NCBI GenBank assembly: GCA_002811645.1
Contig: PDIP01000011.1
Location: forward strand, 66,435 to 130,434
DNA from: Corallochytrium limacisporum Hawaii
Lineage: Eukaryota > Protista > Pluriformea
Direction: 5' to 3'
DNA: 64,000 bases
Shown: piece after piece, positions 56,851 to 64,000 of the stretch
How the letters are laid out: the number at the start of each line of letters is the position of its first letter
Position numbering within the stretch: position 1 is the first letter of the stretch
Notes under the pieces: generated by a model
What the model was told of the DNA's origin: nothing
Database searches by the model: none
What the model saw: only the letters and a program-made list of their open reading frames with translations
Program-made: the position numbers and the translations under genes

Positions 56851-59800
56851 GTTCTCTTTACAGGTATATGAAATACGCTACTCCCTGTTTGCGTGACAAA
56901 GGGGCAAGCGAGCTCGCGCGCAGGGCCCCCCCCCCGGAGGGGGGGGGGACCGGCCGTCGGTCCAGGGGGCCGTGAAGCAAAGAGTCCTGATTTCATAGTA
57001 AATACACTCAATTTTATTGGCCGGGCCCCGCTGGGCGCATAACGCTTGCCCCCTTTTGTTTTTTTTCCTTATGGGAGGGTTTTCAAGCCGCTTGCCGTTT
57101 TGCGAAAAAAAAAAGACATTTTTTCATTTAGTTTGCAGCTTGCCCCAGTATTCAGTAGTAAATGTACTGAAATGACTACACAGACAAGCCACCCGGTACG
57201 TAATTGGCCCCAACTTTGGCTCCATTGGGCCCAATTTTGTGTTTCTCTGCGCGGGAGAGAGCGGGTTTCGTGGCTTTTCGGTAAATGAAAAGAATGCTTG
57301 GCTTGGCTGTCTCTTAACCTCAGTCTTTCACTGCCCCAGTTTTCCCACAGCGCAACGATGGCGGGACGTACTAGAGGCTTTAAAATCTTCGAAACCGGAT
57401 GACACCGGTAAGTTTTTTTGTTTATTTTTTTTCCTTTATATCTTTCCTTCCCCCCCCTCGCAGCAGTTGATGACCATTTTGTGGTTGTGCTGTTTCATTA
57501 GCCCCCAAATCATAAGTTCAATTAGTATGCAAGGGTAATCCCCGCAAGGTGGTGTCGAAAGCAAAAAGAAAATAGAGCCTATGGGGCCCACCTGCCCGAG
57601 TGGGGGGGGGGCCTTCGCGGCTCCAGGACTCAATCAAAAAAATGATGAAAGCACAGAAAAAGTTCAAACGCTCCAGATCGATCCCCTCCCTTCGCTATGG
57701 CCGCACACACGCCATAGATTTTTCATAGAGCCATGCCCCCAAATAGAATTGATGGCACCGACAACAAGCCGCAAACACACATGCACACACAGGGGCACGA
57801 ACGGGCTGCCGAGACCATAGGACTTTAGTCATGAGTTCGATCTTCCAGTACTGAATATACTGACATACTGCACACCACCGAAATGTGTTTCCATCTTATC
57901 TTGGCTTTTTTTCTCTATTTTTTTTTTGCATCCGAGCAAAGTACCGGTCACTGGCACCTCTCGTTTTTTTCCTGGTACTCAGGACCTACTCTCCCGCTGC
58001 CCACAGAAAAAGAAGGGCTGGTTGGTGCGCGGCCCGGAGGCCCCCCGGGGGGGGGGGGGGGGGGGGTTTTTTTTTTTTCGGCTGGTTTCATTTTTTTTCC
58101 TCGTTGGAGCAGGAACGGCGGTTGAATTGTTCATTGCTTTTGTATAGAAATAGAACTTTTCTTTGGCCCTGCCCGTCGGCCGCAAGCTCTCCACTCCGGG
58201 CTCCTCCCTGCGCGCTCTCTCTCTCTCTTGCGCTGCCCAATGCAAAACCCCCCTCACTTATCACTGGCGTGGTAAGATCGTTGCACATGCGAACTATTAC
58301 TACAAGTCAGTATATGAAATATAATTAAAATATATGAATATGTTTTATTTTATGTAGATATAAGTATATACATATGGATACCAGCGCAAGTGATACGCTA
58401 GGGCACGCCTCCCGGGCAAAAGGGGGGGTCCCGACGCGCTCTCTCTCTCTCTCTCTCTCTACTCGCTTCTGCCCAAAATAGCCTCACCGTACACGGACAC
58501 ACGTCCCGGTTTGCTCACACTTTCCCCTCCCCCCCCCCTTTTTTTATTCCCTTTTACCGTTTCGGCAACACGCGGCACATCGTAGCGATGAGACCACCGC
58601 GGTGAAACCACGGTTGTGCGATCGCCTATTTTGTCTATCTTTCCCTAAATTTTTCCTTTTCTCGTTTTTTTTCTTGACTTTTTATTTTACAATCCGCCCT
58701 TGGGTCTCTCCAGTTTTGTTCCTTTTGGGCCTCTGCTTCCGGCGTTCAACAGCGACCGTACGTTCAGTATGGTCTGTGGGGAGAACGGAGAGTTGCAAAT
58801 CCCAAATCCCATCTCAGTGATACACAGAGACACTGGCAAGTGAGAAACCAAAACCCACCAGCAAAATTCCTCTTTCTTGGGACCCATTTTGCCTATTTTT
58901 GGCTTACGTCTTCCGCTTTTTCTTCCCTCTTTTTTTTCTCTTTCCTTCTTCCCAACTTTCTTTTGGTGGGCTTTCTTTCTCTTATTTTTTGTGGATACGG
59001 AAGACATAGAGGACACTATTCTAATACTGAAACAATGGCGCGAGTTTCTCAAATGCCGTCTTCAGACCGACCAAAGTGACACGCACACACACGACACCCG
59101 CCCTCCCGGCGGCACTCAATATTTTTCTGGGTCCGATCGCACCACCACCAACTTCTCCCCCTTTTCGGTCACCCACTCATCAACCCTTCCTTCTCCCCCA
59201 CCAAATCACACACGCCCACAATACGCACACTTTCCAGCGGAGTTTGCGTTTTGGCTGATTACTACCGAACTGTTTTTGGTCTTTTGGTCTCTGCCTCTCT
59301 CTCACCTCTCCCCCCGCCCCTTTTCTCTGTAGTTGCATTACACCCTTTTTGTTTTGCTCTATTTCTCTTTCTATTTTTTTTCTTTCGTTTCTTTTCTTTT
59401 TTTTTTGGGTCCTTCGGGGGTTTTTGTTTTTAAAATTATTAAAATTATCCAAAATCCTTGCCCCTTATCTCTCTCCCTACTTTTCTCCCCCCCCTCCCCT
59501 CCCCATCGCAGCACGCTCATTCGCTCACTACTGAAAGGGGACAAAAGACGGAAAAAGGGGAAGGGGGGCCCCGCGGGGGGGAAGAGAGAGATAATTTTCC
59601 AAACGATTTTGGGGGTGTGGTCAGCAAAATTTGGGCTCCCGGAGTGCGGCCGTTGGTGGTGCCGAGTCGACTACCCAACCAAAAAAGTTAAAAATGAAAC
59701 ACCCACTAAAGAACGGGACAGCCAATTGGAAGAAAACGTGGTTGTGCCGCAGGTGGTCGTACATTTACTACCAATTGAGCCAGATCGTAAGAAGAAAAAG

Positions 59801-61062
59801 AAAATGGGAACTCGCAGGGTAAAAAGGAAGAGGGGAGGCGGTCAGTCACGGCCAACCAACCGGCTTCGATTTTGCACCCCAGCACCGCGAGCTGGCGCAC
59901 ACACGTACGTCGCGATATATCTCTCGTTTGAGTAGAGTGTGTTCATAATAAAAATATAGAAAAGGAATTTCACGGATGGGGCACATTCCGGAATCACGAC
60001 CTTTGCCCTTCGTTGCCCTTTCCGCCTGCTCGCACCTCTTCCCTCTCCCCACCCCTCCCCCCTCAAGAGAATCATGGTCCTCCGAACGCGAGATAACTTT
60101 CTTGGTGTCCGCTTTGAATACTAAATATAGGGAGCTTATTGTGGTCAATGTCCTAATTATTGCTCTAATTAGACCAAGTCTCAGGAACCCCTCCGCAAAA
60201 AAATGAATGTAATCTGGACCCTGAGAGCCCTGGTGGTCTCTCTCTCTCTCTCCTTCCGCTCTTGCTTTTTCCAATTCTGGGGGCCCCGCGGTCTCAGCAG
60301 GCGTGAGTGGACGGGAGTTTGAGAGCAAAAAACGGCAAGGTGGCACTGGCTCTCACTCACTCACTCCTTCTTTCCCCCTCTCCCCCCCGTGGCAACTGTG
60401 GGGAGAGAGAGGGAGAGAGAGAGAGAGAGAACGTGAAGAGAGCAGAGTGTCTAGCGTGTGAGGGGTGGGTGGGTGGTGGTGGTACACAGTAAAATTCGTG
60501 CTCCGGGTGGGGGCGGATCGGACACCAAAAAAGTTGGGGAAGAGGTGCGAGGCCTTTGCGACCAGTGCCAATCTCCCTGTTTTATTTTTTTTTGGGTGAC
60601 TCGTTAGATCCTTTGGTGTTTTATTTTGGGTCCTGTGCCCATCTGGACGATGTGTGCAATGAGCCAATCGTCCAGCTGTGTGGCTCTTTGGGCTTATTTT
60701 TGTGGTGTATGGGTTCATGGGTGTTCGGTGTTTATATGGACACACAGACTGCATGTTTGTTTGATGGGTACTTTGTCTTGGAGCAGGTATTTGGGGCTTG
60801 TGTCACTAGTATTTGAAGATTTTCATGCAGTCCATCGCAAAGAGCGAACCACATATTATACAGCAATCTGTTATGAACCATTAAAGAAAACGGCGACTCA
60901 TACAGAGAGATAATTCTGTACTAGCATGCGGACATAGTCAACGCAGAAACAAAGGGTAAGGAAGAACAGACCGTTTTATCCCGACGTTTGTACCATAGCT
61001 GAAATGACCAAGCATGGATGAACAGTAGTTTATTTCAAATTGGATCCCACACAGAAACCACA

Positions 61063-64000
61063 ATGAACGCAGAAACGTTGCGTGAATTGACAGAACGGTC
61101 GCTCAATTTGGGCGACCCGGAAGTGAAGTCAGAGTTTTGCCGGGACGCTAGCTGTCCAATGTACTTTAATACAACGGGAAAGGATAAGATGGACGGTAAG
61201 GGTATGAGCGGCAAGAAACATTCCAAGAAATGTAAGGGTAAGGGTAGGAGAATGGATCACATGAGCCTCTCGGAAGTCTGGACCCATTTTCATGGCAAGG
61301 ACGAAGTAGGATCACCGGCAGCGGACGGTGACGACCAAGAGTCATCACAACAGATTAGTAGGGGAAATGACGGCAGTGGCAGTCCGCCCGTGGATAGCAG
61401 CTGGCAGCGACTGTACAGCAACGGGCTCAGTGTAACACAGGCTCGTCGGAGTGTAAGTTTTTATGACCACAACAGACCTTCGAAGCCTGCGGCTCTGCGG
61501 AACGAATGGAATGAGCAGTACAAGCAAGACGCCATTAACGGATCACTCAGGGAGCAGAAGATGCGGGTCAGATTCGAGGACAATGAATCGGAGTTACCCT
61601 TACGGTCGACTTTCTCCGCTGGTTACGATCACAATGTCCGCCCTTCGCATCCGCTTTTCAAGAGTCACAGTTTCCGGGACACGGTCATGCTCTGTTCCAC
61701 CCCGAAGCGGGAATCAAGAGAATCGAAGCATAGGGTGAGCACCTTTGCAGCTGATATTGGAGACTGTGGCGGAAGTTTACAAACTTTTGAACCGTTCAGC
61801 GGCAAAGGCAGACGTCTTGGGTCAACAACGGAAGGCGTGGACTTTGACGAGAGACCTGGTGCAGCTGACCTGCACTTCCAGCTCGATCTGCAACATATGG
61901 CCCGCACCGTCGCCGACCTAGTTTGTTCGAACCCGAACGCCGGTGATGAACTCCCCGACCTCCTACCCCGAGACGCTTTAACACAAGTCACGCGCCTGAA
62001 TCTTCGGCGCATGAACCTAGAGAACCTGCCGGGCTGGCTGAAGCACTTCCGCAATCTCAAACACTTAAATCTCGCCAGTAATCGGTTCCGGTCCATTCCT
62101 GAGGTACTGTTATGTGGGGTAAAGAATCATTATCATCAGGATCAACTTCTCGATCAGGATGGTAAAGCTCCGAAGTCCTGCGGCTGTCGCCTGGGATTTT
62201 CCCTAGAGGACCTGATTCTGAGCCACAACCAGATGCGCGAATTGGTCACTGCCAACGAGGACCTTGGTGTCGCCCTACCCAATCTGAAACTTCTCCGCCT
62301 GGACGGCAACCGCCTGACTTCCCTGCCAGATAGTCTTGGTAATCTGACGCAGCTCGAGACGCTCGTTTGTGGCTCCATCTACGGCGGCAACCGCATCACT
62401 GTTCTGCCCCACACGGTGGGCCAGTGTGATCAACTACGTGAGCTTGACGTCCGACGCAACGAGCTTGTGTCCCTGCCGAAAACCATGGGTGAGCTGGTCA
62501 GCCTCCACACTCTAAACGTGAGCCGGAACAATCTCGAGAACGTGGCGGATGTGGATTTCCGGGGAATGACCTCGCTCCTGACTGTCGACCTGAGCCACAA
62601 CCGCTTGCGTCGCATTCCGGAGACAATCGCCGACAATCCCACACTCCGTCTTCTTGATGTGAGCAACAATGCCATTGACTACCTTCCCACCGGCTTCCAC
62701 GAGCGCGTCAACCCACAGGCCACCGTGCTCATGCAGAATAACCCCTTGATGGAGGACGTCATTGTCATCAATAATCCTGCGGACAACCGTCTGCGAAGGG
62801 AACGCAGCACTGGTAAGGAAGGTGACCGTGTGCCAACCCTGATGCAACTGTGTTACCAACAGATTGCCAAGCGCGTGGAAGAGGAGCAGCAAGAATTGGT
62901 GCGCAATGCCGCGCAGAAGCGCCGGAGCAGTTGTGCTGCCCCCACTGCTGGTCCCTCGACCCTGGCTTCCGGCGTGACCACTACACACTACACTCTGAGC
63001 AAGCGACCGTCCCTGAGACAGCGCACAAAGTCGGAGAGTACGACGGCGTCCATGTCATTTGCTCGCTCCGGTCTTGTCAAGCAACGATCGATTGTGTTGT
63101 CCGTGGGTCACCGCCAGCATCGGAATTCAGAATCCTCGTACCCGATCATGGAGACAACCACCCCGCGCCCGGGCATGCCTCTGCAACGCCAGCGTGCAGT
63201 GCGTGGTTCCTTCGCCAGGCACCCGACCCGCCCATCAACCGGGTCTGATGTCAACGATACCCGCATCTCTCTCGCTGATGTGCACGAGCACATTGCGGCC
63301 ATTGCCGCTCTCGCGGCGGAGACGAACGGAGACATTGACGAAATGGACGACACGGATGCTGGCCTGAGCTTTATTGGTGAATCCAGTCCGTCAGAGGACG
63401 ACGACGACCAGGCGAGTGCAGAAGGTTCTGAAATTCCTCGCGATGAGACGCTGGAAGATATTGAACAGCTTGACATTGCTCTGTTCGAGGATCACGATGC
63501 AGTGAGATGTGTCGTTGATCACAAGCGCAAGAACGGCAGAAACCAGGACAAGCAGGACGACCAATTTTTGGGCATCCCGCGCAAGGCAGACCGTGATGAG
63601 TGCCTCAGCGAATCACTCGCTTCGCTGCCCCTTGAACTCCAGAAGGACCTCAAGGATCGCTACCGTACCTGCATGACCTGCAAGACGAAATTCTACCACC
63701 AAGGCCTGACCTCGGTGCGGCTTCTGTCCATTCTGGGCCACCGGCGGATTGCTACCCTGTCCACATTCTGTTCTATCAAGTGCCGCGACGCGAACCAGAA
63801 TCGGAGCCCGTACATCAGCGCTGAGGATCTTTCCCCTGGACAGCAATCTATGCCCAACCTGTCCGAAGAAGGCTTCTCAGTCATGACGCCACGCCGCCGC
63901 CGGTTCAGCGTCAGGCCTCTACCGTATACAGCGGCTGCAGCGGCTGCAGCTGTGAACCGCCAATTCCGTCGCGTGGGAGGCACGGACGATTCCGGTGCAG
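61063..64000 (+). CDS. LRR protein with SHP box, BC-box, cullin box and C-terminal Cys4 motif (LRRC58/LRRC28/LRR1-like CRL substrate receptor); 3'-partial and absent from the ORF track
   Basis: Frame open from 61003 to the window end (ATG at 61018 or 61063). About 9 LRRs (e.g. LKLLRLDGNRLTSLPDSLGNLTQL), FSGKGRRLG, VPTLMQLC, LPLELQKDL, CMTC...FCSIKC. Confidence 0.88.
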   Translation, partial: MNAETLRELTERSLNLGDPEVKSEFCRDASCPMYFNTTGKDKMDGKGMSGKKHSKKCKGKGRRMDHMSLSEVWTHFHGKDEVGSPAADGDDQESSQQISRGNDGSGSPPVDSSWQRLYSNGLSVTQARRSVSFYDHNRPSKPAALRNEWNEQYKQDAINGSLREQKMRVRFEDNESELPLRSTFSAGYDHNVRPSHPLFKSHSFRDTVMLCSTPKRESRESKHRVSTFAADIGDCGGSLQTFEPFSGKGRRLGSTTEGVDFDERPGAADLHFQLDLQHMARTVADLVCSNPNAGDELPDLLPRDALTQVTRLNLRRMNLENLPGWLKHFRNLKHLNLASNRFRSIPEVLLCGVKNHYHQDQLLDQDGKAPKSCGCRLGFSLEDLILSHNQMRELVTANEDLGVALPNLKLLRLDGNRLTSLPDSLGNLTQLETLVCGSIYGGNRITVLPHTVGQCDQLRELDVRRNELVSLPKTMGELVSLHTLNVSRNNLENVADVDFRGMTSLLTVDLSHNRLRRIPETIADNPTLRLLDVSNNAIDYLPTGFHERVNPQATVLMQNNPLMEDVIVINNPADNRLRRERSTGKEGDRVPTLMQLCYQQIAKRVEEEQQELVRNAAQKRRSSCAAPTAGPSTLASGVTTTHYTLSKRPSLRQRTKSESTTASMSFARSGLVKQRSIVLSVGHRQHRNSESSYPIMETTTPRPGMPLQRQRAVRGSFARHPTRPSTGSDVNDTRISLADVHEHIAAIAALAAETNGDIDEMDDTDAGLSFIGESSPSEDDDDQASAEGSEIPRDETLEDIEQLDIALFEDHDAVRCVVDHKRKNGRNQDKQDDQFLGIPRKADRDECLSESLASLPLELQKDLKDRYRTCMTCKTKFYHQGLTSVRLLSILGHRRIATLSTFCSIKCRDANQNRSPYISAEDLSPGQQSMPNLSEEGFSVMTPRRRRFSVRPLPYTAAAAAAAVNRQFRRVGGTDDSGA

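Noticed and set aside
56900-60900. Numerous Phe/Lys/Gly/Pro-rich short ORFs
   Set aside because: They are translations of homopolymer-rich intergenic DNA.

Overview
Eukaryotic nuclear scaffold with two N gaps. The first 34 kb is gene-dense and the rest is gene-sparse and rich in microsatellites and homopolymers. All 18 intact protein-coding genes read as single uninterrupted ORFs. They are an Osm1-like fumarate reductase, RPL9, LRGUK, a TMEM181/Wntless-like 8-TM domain fused to a class-3 lipase, SCYL2, a FAM173-type methyltransferase, a Nup58-like protein without FG repeats, an SLC25 carrier, NSUN6, an SLC35A transporter, a secreted Cys-rich orphan, STE24, DAD1, an ABCG half-transporter, a membrane-anchored bacterial-type beta-helix (DUF4955/PL29-like) enzyme, MTRR, ZSWIM7/SWS1 and an LRR/BC-box protein that runs off the right end. 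The window also holds a frameshifted C-factor SDR, several decayed genes and a pogo-like transposase relic. The gene set and intronless CDSs suggest an intron-depleted unicellular holozoan such as Corallochytrium; this is inference only. The main observations are: (1) almost every gene has a short (about 37-59 nt) GT-AG intron candidate in its 5' leader while CDSs have none; (2) the Wntless/TMEM181-lipase fusion; (3) an oriented array of a 16-bp motif in a gene desert; (4) the probably horizontally acquired PL29-like surface enzyme; (5) C-run/G-run elements marking promoters. Homology calls come from motif recognition by eye, not database searches.
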